Of a stretch of DNA of 64,000 nt, positions 27,580-37,028 are shown piece by piece. The notes under the pieces were generated by a model. It was not told where the DNA came from. It saw nothing but the letters and a program-made list of their open reading frames with translations, and made no database searches. A program made the position numbers and the translations under genes. Positions within the stretch are counted from its first letter, which is position 1. Each line of letters begins with the position of its first letter. This DNA is from Candidatus Parvarchaeota archaeon (lineage in GTDB: Archaea; Nanobdellota; Nanobdellia; JAFCGN01). The stretch lies in assembly GCA_017609105.1 (NCBI GenBank), contig JAFCEQ010000001.1:47407-111406 (forward strand). Direction: 5' to 3'.

Positions 27580-30096
27580 ATGAGTGGTGGATTGGAGGAA
27601 AATTTAGAAGATTTAGTTAAAGAGAACGTGTTTGGTTCTAAAATTTTTAGAAAAAACAGTCAAAAAATAATAGCGATTAGCAATCCTTTTTTTAGTGATA
27701 AAGGCATAGCTGTTTCTTTAGAAAGATGGGAGGATTATTGTAAAGTAATTGATAAGTTTTTTGATAAAAAAGGAGATTTTTTTATTCTTGGAGGAGCAAT
27801 AAGCCCAACAAGATTTCATTATTCTAAAAAAAATGTTAAAACCTTGGAACAAGAAATGATGCCTAAGAACCTTGAAGAAATGTTTCCTACTAAGAAAGCT
27901 TTTGAACAAAAACTTTACTATAAAATTGAAAGATTAAAAAAATATATAGAAAAAATTCCTGCAAAAGCAAATATTTATTATCTTATGACAGACACTGATA
28001 ATAAAACAATTGAGGACATCACAAATTTTTATGTTGACTTATTTACTCAAAGAATAACATTAATAAAAAAGAATTTAGATAAATTCCAAGAACTTTATTT
28101 AAAATGGGATGAATTTGATAATGAATTCCAACAAATATTAGAATTGCAAGCAGCAATAGGTAAAAAACTTGGTGGCAATCGTTCTGGTTTGGCAAAAACA
28201 AAAAATGAAAAAACAAAAAAAAGATTGGAAAAAAACATAAAGAGGTTGGAAAAAGAGTTAAAGAACGGGGAGAAAACTATTGAAAAATTTGAAAACAAAA
28301 AACAGAATTATTATAATAAAATAAAACAGAAGTTTGAATTTGTGAACAAATTAAATGAAGAATTAAAAAGCAAGAATTTGTTTTTTATGGAAAAAGAGTT
28401 AACAGATATTGTCAATTCTTTTAATGAAATCAATCCATATTCAGAGTCAATTCTTTCAGAAATAAGCGTTCTTGATTCAAAAATTAGTGATTATTTAAAT
28501 AATCTTGAAAGAAAAATCACTTTTAATGAATGGAATAAGAATTCAAGAATAACTAAAAGGGATTTACCAAATGATATTTTAGCTAAAATAAATGAAACAG
28601 CTAAAAGAGAATATGTTACTCTTTTAGAAAGTGCTGGACTGAATATTATAACACCTGAAATTAAAAAAGAATTAGTTGATAAATTAATTAATGTTTCTTA
28701 CACTCCAATGAGAGTGTTGAAATCTAATGTAAAGAATTTCAGACAAGAACTTGCTATAGAAAAAATGAATAGAGAGATTAAAGAGCGGGTTTTTTTAGTT
28801 GGGAATGATTATTGCTTTAGAGCTCAATCCTTTGTAGTTAATAATAAAGGAGATTTTGTTTATGAAATTACTGTAGGGCCTTTTTTTAATACAAAAAAAG
28901 CAAGAGAACTTTCAAAAAAAGGAATTAAAACAGAAGCAACAAAATTAGTTAATTCATTTGAATCAGTTCAAGGAATGGTTTTCATAGATTATGATCCGAA
29001 AACAACAGCAAGATTTTGTTTCTTACAGGATCATGAATTAGAAACATTTCTTCAACATTTAGAAAAAGAAGATAAAGAAAATTTATTATGCATTGCTCAT
29101 ATTTCAGACCAACATAATACAAAGAGAAATTCAAGAAGAGACCTAATTTTAGGAACAAAACTATTTTTAAGAGAAGATAATAGCCTTGAGAAATTAATTG
29201 AGACAGGAGATTTAACGCAAGGTGTTGGTAATTTCAGCGGAGAACAACTTGCAGGAGTTAATATGCGTCTTGAAGACCAAGTATATGTTGCTGCAAAATC
29301 ATTATTTAACATGTCACTTCCAATAATAAGAAGATCTAGATTAAAACAACCAATCACAACAATAGAAGGAAATCATGCAAAAGGAACAACAAGAATTGGT
29401 TTTAGACCTACTGTTGCTATAACAAATATTTGTAACTTAATTTATAGTATTTCAAACACAAATCAAACAATAAAAAAAACAATTGAAGTAGAAAAAAATG
29501 ATTTACTAATAGAAGAAGGTTTAATACCTCCAGAAAAACCGTTTTACACTGTTTTCTCAAACGGGCCTGAAACAGGAGGATTTATTGATTTTAAATTAAA
29601 GAATAATGAAAGTTTTGGACAAGCTTATGTTAGTCATAAAACTCCAGGAAGAGCTGATAAAGCAGACCCAACTTTAAGAGCTTTTTCTCATTTCAAGGAA
29701 TTAGGAAGATTAAATAAAAACGTTAGAATGGTGTATTTCGGGCACTCGCATCTTCCAGCAACAGCATTAATTGGCGGACTTCACTTGCAATGCGGCGGAA
29801 GTTATGAAGGAATGGATTACAATATTGAATTCCCTCACAAAAATGATTCTTCTTATGCTTACATGGCAGGATTCCCTCCTGCAGCAATGGGTTTTTGGAA
29901 GAACTATGTGGCTAAAGGCAATAATGGCATACAAGGGTTTGTTGTTTCAGAATTCATAAGCCACAAATTATTAGATAGAATAGTTAATGAATATAAAATA
30001 GAAGACAAAACAATTAGAGATATTTTAATTGAGAACGCACTAGAACCAAATGAACTTCCTTCTTCTATTCTTGCAAGATATAAGAAGATTATTTAA
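27580..30096 (+). CDS. Large protein with a K/E-rich coiled-coil segment and a C-terminal Mre11/SbcD-like metallophosphoesterase domain
   Basis: Motif I CIAHISDQHN (aa ~500), II ETGDLTQG (~541), III IEGNHA (~598), V/VI YFGHSHLP (~716). The spacing resembles Mre11. Coiled-coil KKRLEKNIKRLEKELKNGEKTIEKFENKKQNYYNKIKQKFEF at aa ~210-260. No Walker A. Confidence 0.55.
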   Translation: MSGGLEENLEDLVKENVFGSKIFRKNSQKIIAISNPFFSDKGIAVSLERWEDYCKVIDKFFDKKGDFFILGGAISPTRFHYSKKNVKTLEQEMMPKNLEEMFPTKKAFEQKLYYKIERLKKYIEKIPAKANIYYLMTDTDNKTIEDITNFYVDLFTQRITLIKKNLDKFQELYLKWDEFDNEFQQILELQAAIGKKLGGNRSGLAKTKNEKTKKRLEKNIKRLEKELKNGEKTIEKFENKKQNYYNKIKQKFEFVNKLNEELKSKNLFFMEKELTDIVNSFNEINPYSESILSEISVLDSKISDYLNNLERKITFNEWNKNSRITKRDLPNDILAKINETAKREYVTLLESAGLNIITPEIKKELVDKLINVSYTPMRVLKSNVKNFRQELAIEKMNREIKERVFLVGNDYCFRAQSFVVNNKGDFVYEITVGPFFNTKKARELSKKGIKTEATKLVNSFESVQGMVFIDYDPKTTARFCFLQDHELETFLQHLEKEDKENLLCIAHISDQHNTKRNSRRDLILGTKLFLREDNSLEKLIETGDLTQGVGNFSGEQLAGVNMRLEDQVYVAAKSLFNMSLPIIRRSRLKQPITTIEGNHAKGTTRIGFRPTVAITNICNLIYSISNTNQTIKKTIEVEKNDLLIEEGLIPPEKPFYTVFSNGPETGGFIDFKLKNNESFGQAYVSHKTPGRADKADPTLRAFSHFKELGRLNKNVRMVYFGHSHLPATALIGGLHLQCGGSYEGMDYNIEFPHKNDSSYAYMAGFPPAAMGFWKNYVAKGNNGIQGFVVSEFISHKLLDRIVNEYKIEDKTIRDILIENALEPNELPSSILARYKKII

Positions 30097-30187
30097 TTGA
30101 GATTCATAATTCTAAAAAAAATAAGTTCGCTTAAATGCAATCTTAATTAATGATTTTCCTTAATTCTTTTTATGAATTAAAAATCAT

Positions 30188-31627
30188 TCAACCTTTTATA
30201 ACACCAATAGGCGTTAGTTTAACAACTCTTCGAGCTATTCCTGTTTTTTCACTAACCATTGCTACTTCATTAATATCCTTATACGCTATTGGAGCTTCTT
30301 CTGCAACAACCCTCCATGAATGCGCTTTAAGAGTTATATTCTTTTTATTCAATTGTTTTTGTATTTCCTCGCCTTTCACTTTGTTCTTTGCTGCATGCCT
30401 GCTCAAAACCCTTCCTGCTCCATGCGCTGTGCTGCCAAACGTTTTCTCCAAACCTTCTTTTGTTCCAACTAAAACATAACTCGAGGTTCCCATACTCCCT
30501 GGTAATAAAACAGGATGCCCATAATTCTTGTATGCTTCCGGCACTTCTTTATGCCCTGCTGGGAACGCTCTCGTCGCTCCTTTTCTATGCACGAAAACTT
30601 CTTTTGTTACTCCTTCAATCTTGTGTTTTTCTTTTTTAGCAATATTATGGCAAATATCATACACTTGCTGTAATTCACTGTTTGGAAAAACTTTTTCAAA
30701 TGCTTGTCTTGCCCAATAAAGAATTAATTGCCTGTTATTCCAAGCAAAATTAGCAGCAGAATTCATTGCTAAAAAATATTTATTACATAAATCAGTGCCT
30801 GCTGGAGCATAAATAAGCTCTCTGTCAGGAAGAGAATTTATTAAATCAGGAAAAGTTCTTTCCATTTCACGCAAATAATCAGAACACACTTGATGGCCTA
30901 AACCCCTGCTCCCAGTGTGAATCATTAAAACAATTTGGTTATCCTCTAATTTAAATGCTTTAGCTGTTTTCTCATCAAAAATTTTCTCTACTTTTTGGAT
31001 TTCCATAAAATGATTTCCTGCTCCTAAACTGCCTAATTGCTTAGCACCTCTTGCTTTTGCTTTATCACTCACAAACAAAGCGTTCGCGTTTAATCTTCCA
31101 TTACTTTCTGTGTGTTTTAAATCATTTTTAGTAGCATAATCCCTCTCATAAGCCCAGGTCGCACCTAAATTAAGAACATTATTAATTTCATCTTTTGTTA
31201 ATCTCCCAAGCCTTCCTTCACTACCTAAACCCGCTGGAATGAATTCATAAATTTTTTTTATAATCTCCTTAATTTTTGGAATAACCTCTTCATAAGTTAA
31301 ATTAGTTCTTACTAAACGAACTCCGCAATTAATATCATAACCAACGCCTCCAGGACTCAAACCACCTGTTTTACTATCTAATGCAACAACACCGCCAATG
31401 CAAAAACCGTATCCTTGATGAGCGTCAGGCAAAGCAATTGAGTATTTATAAATTCCAGGCATTGATGCCATGTTCTTTAATTGTTCAAGAGTTCTATCAT
31501 GACTTATGCTTTCCAAAAGCTTGGTGCTTGCAAAAATTCTTCCAGGAACCTTCATATCTTTAGTTTTAGGTATTTCCCATTCAAATTCATTCAATTTCTT
31601 TAATTTTACTTCCATTCCATTCACCAA
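30188..31627 (-). CDS. rtcB: RNA-splicing ligase RtcB (tRNA ligase)
   Basis: Full-length RtcB signature: ALPDAHQGYGFCIGGV, GYDINCGVR, GAGNHFMEIQ, MIHTGSRGLGHQV, HNIA and a C-terminal HGAGR. Confidence 0.9.
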   Translation of the reverse strand: MVNGMEVKLKKLNEFEWEIPKTKDMKVPGRIFASTKLLESISHDRTLEQLKNMASMPGIYKYSIALPDAHQGYGFCIGGVVALDSKTGGLSPGGVGYDINCGVRLVRTNLTYEEVIPKIKEIIKKIYEFIPAGLGSEGRLGRLTKDEINNVLNLGATWAYERDYATKNDLKHTESNGRLNANALFVSDKAKARGAKQLGSLGAGNHFMEIQKVEKIFDEKTAKAFKLEDNQIVLMIHTGSRGLGHQVCSDYLREMERTFPDLINSLPDRELIYAPAGTDLCNKYFLAMNSAANFAWNNRQLILYWARQAFEKVFPNSELQQVYDICHNIAKKEKHKIEGVTKEVFVHRKGATRAFPAGHKEVPEAYKNYGHPVLLPGSMGTSSYVLVGTKEGLEKTFGSTAHGAGRVLSRHAAKNKVKGEEIQKQLNKKNITLKAHSWRVVAEEAPIAYKDINEVAMVSEKTGIARRVVKLTPIGVIKG

Positions 31628-31718
31628 AAATATGTTAAGTATTAAACAACCCTAAGTGTTAAACAACCCCTACTTATTTATAAAGCAAAAACAAAGGAAA
31701 TATTTAAACTCAACTCTC

Positions 31719-32138
31719 TTAAATATCAAGCGTGAACTTTATCATTGTCTTGTTTTTTTCTTCTTTAATTTCCATTCCAAAATAAGTCATTGCTTTAACA
31801 ACAGATTTTGGAGTATGTTTTTTCTCATTAAATTTTTCACCTCTTGCAGTGCAAATTAAAGAAAAATTTTTTTTGTCTATCATTACTTTGTAATCACAGA
31901 AAAGCAAGTGCTTCATTTCAAAAACATGAATTAATTCATCAATAAAATCATAAAGCAAGGATTTAATATCTTCTGCTTTTATTTTAAATTTATACTCTTT
32001 TTTAGGTTTTATTTGATTTAAATCCACCATTACATTAGTGAATGCTTTAGCACTTTCCTCAAACGCTTCCTCAACACTCTTGCCTTCAGCAACAACAGCA
32101 ATGTCAGCAGTAGCTTCCTCACAAAGATATTTAAACAT
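31719..32138 (-). CDS. Archease (RtcB activator)
   Basis: 139 aa with the N-terminal FKYLCEEATADIAVVAEGKSVEEAFEESAKAF pattern (E.TAD...G...EEAF) typical of archease. It is immediately upstream of rtcB. Confidence 0.75.
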   Translation of the reverse strand: MFKYLCEEATADIAVVAEGKSVEEAFEESAKAFTNVMVDLNQIKPKKEYKFKIKAEDIKSLLYDFIDELIHVFEMKHLLFCDYKVMIDKKNFSLICTARGEKFNEKKHTPKSVVKAMTYFGMEIKEEKNKTMIKFTLDI

Positions 32139-32255
32139 GTAAAAAAAAAGGAAACAAGCATTATTAACATTTATTAAAAAAAATAATAAACAATAATAAA
32201 CACAAAAAAAAGAAGTAACAAAAAGTATTTAAATAAGATTTTTTACTACTATAAA

Positions 32256-32810
32256 GTGATTTCCATGTTACCAAGGGATGTTATTTGGGCTTTAAAAACT
32301 CTTAATGCAAGGAAAGGTGTTTTTGATAAAAAAGCTTTAACAAGACTTTATATTAGTTCTACTAATAACACTCTTAATGCTAAAACAGAACACTTGAAAG
32401 CTTTTGAAATTTTACAAGAGTATGTGAAAAAAAAAGGTTCAATAAAATATGATGAATCTGAGAGTTTAGAATCTTATTTAAATTTTGAAGTAACTCCTTC
32501 AAATGATTATTCTGTTAATTTCAAATTTTATGATGAAAAGCCATTAACAATTGATGAATCAATTGTGGATTATATTCAAACTAGTGAAAAAAAGTTTTTT
32601 CCTGGAATTGAAGAAGTGCTTGTTAAAGAAAATAACCCTATTTATTTATTAAAACTTGGAAAACAAATCAAAAAACTAATTAATTTAGGTGAGGACTTGT
32701 TTATTGAATCAAAAAAAGAATATGAAGAAAAATTAGAAGAAATCCTCACTGCTTACCATAATTATTTAGAACTAACTGAAACATTTCTTAGTTTTTATAA
32801 GCATGATTAA
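32256..32810 (+). CDS. Hypothetical protein
   Basis: 184-aa ORF with no motifs. Confidence 0.35.
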   Translation: MISMLPRDVIWALKTLNARKGVFDKKALTRLYISSTNNTLNAKTEHLKAFEILQEYVKKKGSIKYDESESLESYLNFEVTPSNDYSVNFKFYDEKPLTIDESIVDYIQTSEKKFFPGIEEVLVKENNPIYLLKLGKQIKKLINLGEDLFIESKKEYEEKLEEILTAYHNYLELTETFLSFYKHD

Positions 32811-32842
32811 GTTTTTTTAATTGCTTTGTTTATTTTATTAAA

Positions 32843-33355
32843 ATGAAAAAAGAAATTTTAGCAAAGAATTATTATGATGAAATTAGTAAAAACTATGATG
32901 AATTATATGGTAGTGAGCAGGAAGAAAAAATAAGAGTGATTACTCAAAAATTTAAAGAAATAATCCTGTGTTCTGAAAGAATTTTGGATGCTGGTGCTGG
33001 AACAGGTATTTTAAACAATTTTTTAAAAAACAAGGATTTAACAAGCTTGGATGTAAGCCCTAAAATGCTTGAAAAAAACAAGAATAACAAGAAAATAATA
33101 GGTTCCATTACTAACATGCCTTTTAAAAACAAGGAATTTGATTTAGTTTTTTGTATTACAGTGCTTCAAGATTTGAATGAAAATGAAATTGAAAAAGCAA
33201 TAAAGGAAATTAAGAGAATAAGTGAAAAAGCAATTATTAGTTTTCTTAAAAGAAGTTCAAAAAAAGAAACAATCATTAAATTTCTTAAAAAACTTACGAA
33301 AATAGATAAGATAGTGGAACTCAAAAAAGATATTGTTTTATTAGTAATTTTTTAA
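32843..33355 (+). CDS. Class I SAM-dependent methyltransferase (Methyltransf_11-like)
   Basis: Motif I ILDAGAGTGIL, motif II TSLDVS, and motif post-I EFDLVFCITVLQD. Confidence 0.55.
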   Translation: MKKEILAKNYYDEISKNYDELYGSEQEEKIRVITQKFKEIILCSERILDAGAGTGILNNFLKNKDLTSLDVSPKMLEKNKNNKKIIGSITNMPFKNKEFDLVFCITVLQDLNENEIEKAIKEIKRISEKAIISFLKRSSKKETIIKFLKKLTKIDKIVELKKDIVLLVIF

Positions 33356-33457
33356 TAATCTGAATTAACCAAGAATAGAAAGGGAAAATACTGTTATCAT
33401 TACTTGTTTTTTAAATTATCAAAATTATTATAAAGAGTAATCGTTGTTTTTTGTAGT

Positions 33458-34093
33458 ATGGTAAAGGGTCTTGGGTGGTTGTTTAAATTAAATAATTGGT
33501 TTTCATCTATTTTTAAAAGAAAAAAAAGTGTTAAGTTAGGGCTTTACGGAAGCACTAATGCTGGGAAAACAACTCTCGCGAATAGAATAAGTCTTGATTG
33601 GCTTGGTGAGGAAGTAGGAAGTGTTAGTAATGTACCGCATGAAACAAGAAAAGTTCAGAAAAAAGAAAACATAACTATTGAAAGCGGGGGAAAAAAATTA
33701 AACATGACTTTAATTGACACTCCTGGAATTGCTACGCGCATTGATTTTGAAGATTTTAAGAAGTACGGAATTAAAACTAAAGAAGCAAAGAACAGGGCTA
33801 AAGAAGCAACTCAAGGAATCATTGAAGCAATAAAATGGCTTGATGACATGGATGTTGTGATTGCTGTGATGGACGCTACTCAAAATCCTTACACGCAAGT
33901 TAATCTCACGATTCTCGGCAATTTGGAAGCAAGAAAAACTCCAGTGATAATAGCAGCGAATAAAATTGATTTAAAAAATGCGAAAGTTAAAAGAATAGAA
34001 AATGCTTTCCCACAGTATAAAGTGATTGGTATTAGCGCAAAAAACGGAGATAATATTGAAGAATTGTACAAAGCAATATCCAAATTGGTTTGA
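33458..34093 (+). CDS. Small GTP-binding protein (Ras-like/Era-like GTPase)
   Basis: G1 GSTNAGKT, G3 DTPG, G4 ANKID, G5 SAK. Confidence 0.65.
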   Translation: MVKGLGWLFKLNNWFSSIFKRKKSVKLGLYGSTNAGKTTLANRISLDWLGEEVGSVSNVPHETRKVQKKENITIESGGKKLNMTLIDTPGIATRIDFEDFKKYGIKTKEAKNRAKEATQGIIEAIKWLDDMDVVIAVMDATQNPYTQVNLTILGNLEARKTPVIIAANKIDLKNAKVKRIENAFPQYKVIGISAKNGDNIEELYKAISKLV

Positions 34094-34479
34094 GGTGTTC
34101 AAAGATAAAAAAAGAACTTTCATTAAAATTCATAACATTTGAAAAATTTAATAACATGGATTCTCAAGAAATGATTGATTTTATCATAAAAGAAACAAGA
34201 AAAGAAAACATTATTGTGATTGAAGGAAGTCTTAATTCTATTGAAGAAGCTAATTTAATTCAAGCAACAATGGAGAACATTGACAAAAAGTTTCCTGGTA
34301 TTGAAATCGCTAATTTGCATTCAAATAATATTGAAAACCTGAGTTTTAAAGAAAAAGCTAAAAGGTTTATTGTGAACAAACTTTATGGTAAAAAAAGAGG
34401 GCTTACAATAATAGGGCCTGCTAAATTAGTGAAACAAATAAAAAGAGACCCTAATAATGTAATTCTTAAAATGATGTAA
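34090..34479 (+). CDS. Hypothetical protein translationally coupled to the GTPase (possible DUF2073-like partner)
   Basis: 4-nt overlap with the GTPase gene. Family assignment is from recalled archaeal gene-neighbourhood knowledge only. Confidence 0.35.
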   Translation: MRCSKIKKELSLKFITFEKFNNMDSQEMIDFIIKETRKENIIVIEGSLNSIEEANLIQATMENIDKKFPGIEIANLHSNNIENLSFKEKAKRFIVNKLYGKKRGLTIIGPAKLVKQIKRDPNNVILKMM

Positions 34480-34573
34480 TGAAACTTTCTTAACTAATTA
34501 GTTTTAATTTCTTTTAAGAAATCATAAGTGCATTAAAGAAATTGTTATAAAAGGAGGAATTAATTAATTAATT

Positions 34574-34924
34574 ATGCCACATAAATGCGTTAGGTGCGGT
34601 GCGTTATACCCTGATGGAGCTAAGCAATTGCTTAGTGGTTGTGATAATTGCAGTGGGAAATTCTTTTATTTTATAAAAGAAGAAAATCTTCATAAAAAAC
34701 TACCGAAATTAAGTCCAAAAGAAATTGAAGAAATAGAGAATGATATTAAAGAAGTTATTGGGATTAATGAGAAGAATGACAAACCCATTGTGTTAGATTT
34801 AGAAACAATCACTGTTTTGAAGCCTGGGAAGTACGAAATTGATCTTGTGAAAGTTTTTGATAAAAAACGCCCTGTTGTGTTCAAAATAAAGGACGGTAAA
34901 TACTTAATTGACTTAAGAAATTAA
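34574..34924 (+). CDS. Zn-ribbon-containing protein (possible COG3364/DUF2072-like)
   Basis: CVRCG...CDNCSG four-Cys Zn-ribbon at the N-terminus, following the GTPase pair. Confidence 0.4.
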   Translation: MPHKCVRCGALYPDGAKQLLSGCDNCSGKFFYFIKEENLHKKLPKLSPKEIEEIENDIKEVIGINEKNDKPIVLDLETITVLKPGKYEIDLVKVFDKKRPVVFKIKDGKYLIDLRN

Positions 34925-35532
34925 ATCTCCATTGCTTTAAATTCTTCTTTTAGTTCTTGCTTAATTTTTTTAAGCACTTCTAATAAGAGAATTCTTTTAG
35001 CGAACTTAATATTCTCATTATCAAACAAGATTTCTTCAAATTTTTTAGATAATTCTTCATAACCTATTTTTCTAAGCCATGAAATTACTTTTTTCATTTC
35101 TGTTTTATTAAAATCTAATTCCATTAAGTGTTCTGCTAAATCTTCTAAATCCCGGAATTCAAAACCATTTATTCTTATAACGTTTATTTCTCTTATAGCA
35201 CTCAAAATCTTATACTTATCAGCACTTGCAATTAAACGACAACCCTTGAAAAGTGCTTCAATGCGATTCTTATTTCTTTTTGGAATAAGTTTTTTTGTTT
35301 TAATTAATTTCACGAAATCTCTTGTTTTTAATTTAATTGTTAAGCTTAGAGAATCACACCAAAAAACTTTTTTTATGTTTAAGTCTTCAAGTTCTTTTAA
35401 AGCTCTTATCATAATTTCAGAATTTCTTTTTTCTTTTTCATATTTGTTTATGTAATCTTTTACTGAAATGAATTCTTCTATTTTCTTTTTTTCAGTAATG
35501 AACTCTCTTAATTCTTCTAATTCCATAATCAT
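34921..35532 (-). CDS. Hypothetical protein, overlapping partner of the MinD-like ATPase
   Basis: 4-nt overlap with the upstream minD-like gene. Mostly helical and charged. Confidence 0.35.
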   Translation of the reverse strand: MIMELEELREFITEKKKIEEFISVKDYINKYEKEKRNSEIMIRALKELEDLNIKKVFWCDSLSLTIKLKTRDFVKLIKTKKLIPKRNKNRIEALFKGCRLIASADKYKILSAIREINVIRINGFEFRDLEDLAEHLMELDFNKTEMKKVISWLRKIGYEELSKKFEEILFDNENIKFAKRILLLEVLKKIKQELKEEFKAMEI

Positions 35533-36305
35533 AACCCAACCTTGCTTCTTATAATTCCAAAAATATCTTGCTTGTATTCAACATTTATTAAATCCGCTGC
35601 TAATCTCTTAAACGCAAGAGAACTTTTTGAATAAGGTTTGTAATGCGTTACAGGTATTTTAGCAGATATGCTTTTTGGAACGTTTTTGTCTTCTGGGATT
35701 AAAGAAATAATTGGCACATTACAAATTTTATAAATTTCAGAAAGGGATAAACTCCCGTTCTTATTATACTTATTCACTACGATTCCAAGAACATGAACAT
35801 CATATTCTCTTGATAACTTAATCATTTTTAATGCTTCTATTACAGAAGGCAAATCAGGGTTTGTAACAATGATTGCTTCATCACAGCATTTTAAACTCCA
35901 TATTGTTTCAGAGCCAATGCTTGGTGCAGTATCTAATAATATAATATCACTTATTTGACTTACTTGTTCTATTATTTGCGGTAATCTTGAATGATCAATA
36001 AAACTATCGCTTAATCTTAAACTTGCTGGAATAACCTTCATATTAGAACCGTGCACTTCTATTATGTCTTCAACATCACTCTCACCTTTTAAAGCTGAAT
36101 TAATTGTTAATGGAGAAAAATGAAGTCCAAGGTGTAAAGCCAAACAACTACTACTAGTGTTTGTGTCAATAACAGTGACGTTTTGGTTGAATTCGTAAGA
36201 GAGCGTGGCACCCAAATTCACGGTTGTTGTTGTTTTTCCTACTCCCCCTTTTCCTGAAAACACTCCTATAACTCGAGCCATACCAAAAAATAAAAGCATA
36301 ATCAT
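35529..36305 (-). CDS. MinD/ParA-family ATPase (deviant Walker A)
   Basis: GKGGVGKTTTTVNLGATL deviant Walker A, with DTAPS as Walker B. Confidence 0.75.
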   Translation of the reverse strand: MIMLLFFGMARVIGVFSGKGGVGKTTTTVNLGATLSYEFNQNVTVIDTNTSSSCLALHLGLHFSPLTINSALKGESDVEDIIEVHGSNMKVIPASLRLSDSFIDHSRLPQIIEQVSQISDIILLDTAPSIGSETIWSLKCCDEAIIVTNPDLPSVIEALKMIKLSREYDVHVLGIVVNKYNKNGSLSLSEIYKICNVPIISLIPEDKNVPKSISAKIPVTHYKPYSKSSLAFKRLAADLINVEYKQDIFGIIRSKVGL

Positions 36306-36379
36306 TAATAAATCTTGCTCTCTTTTGTAAAATTTTTTTTGTAATAATTTTTAAAAAAGAAAAAAATCAAAAAAAGGGT

Positions 36380-36811
36380 ATGGAGTGCGATTATTTTTTT
36401 ATCCTGTACAATAATATTAATTATGGTTTTGCTTTAATATTTGATAAAAGAGTTTATAGAACTAATTTAGAGAATTTTTTGAGAAGTATTGGATTTAAAT
36501 TTAAAAATGAGTTAAGACCGAATTATGTTAAGAATGCTTTGCTGAACTATGATTTTCTTCAAATATATGATTTTGATAGGATTAATGGATGTTTGTTTGT
36601 TGAATCAACGTTTAAAACAAAAAAAATTATTGGTAAGAATAATGTTTGTTTTAGTATTAAATTCTCTTTTTTTGATGAAACTGAACGCGTTGAAACAATA
36701 TTTGATTTAGAAAAAATTTTAAAATCATGTTTAAAACCAATCACTTTAGAAGAGCTCATAAAAGAAGTTCAAGAACATTATAAAAGAAACATATTAGAAG
36801 CACATGTTTAA
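36380..36811 (+). CDS. Hypothetical protein
   Basis: 143-aa ORF with no motifs. Confidence 0.3.
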   Translation: MECDYFFILYNNINYGFALIFDKRVYRTNLENFLRSIGFKFKNELRPNYVKNALLNYDFLQIYDFDRINGCLFVESTFKTKKIIGKNNVCFSIKFSFFDETERVETIFDLEKILKSCLKPITLEELIKEVQEHYKRNILEAHV

Positions 36812-36921
36812 AAAAAATACTAATAACAAATAATAACTCCTTAATAATTGATTGCTTGTTATTATTTTTGTCTAACAAAATCTTTAAAAAACAGTAATAA
36901 TATTTAATTATTAATATGCTC

Positions 36922-36947
36922 CCTGCCATTGCTTCGGCAACGGCAGG
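36922..36947 (+). terminator. GC-rich hairpin with a UUCG tetraloop followed by a T-tract (terminator-like or a small structured RNA)
   Basis: cctgccattgc-ttcg-gcaacggcagg, then ttcttatcttttgttatatttttttt. It lies 110 nt downstream of the 36380-36811 ORF. Confidence 0.35.
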
Positions 36948-37028
36948 TTCTTATCTTTTGTTATATTTTTTTTGTTAATACCTACCCATAACATAAAATT
37001 AATATTTATATAAAATTTCAATTTGTAA

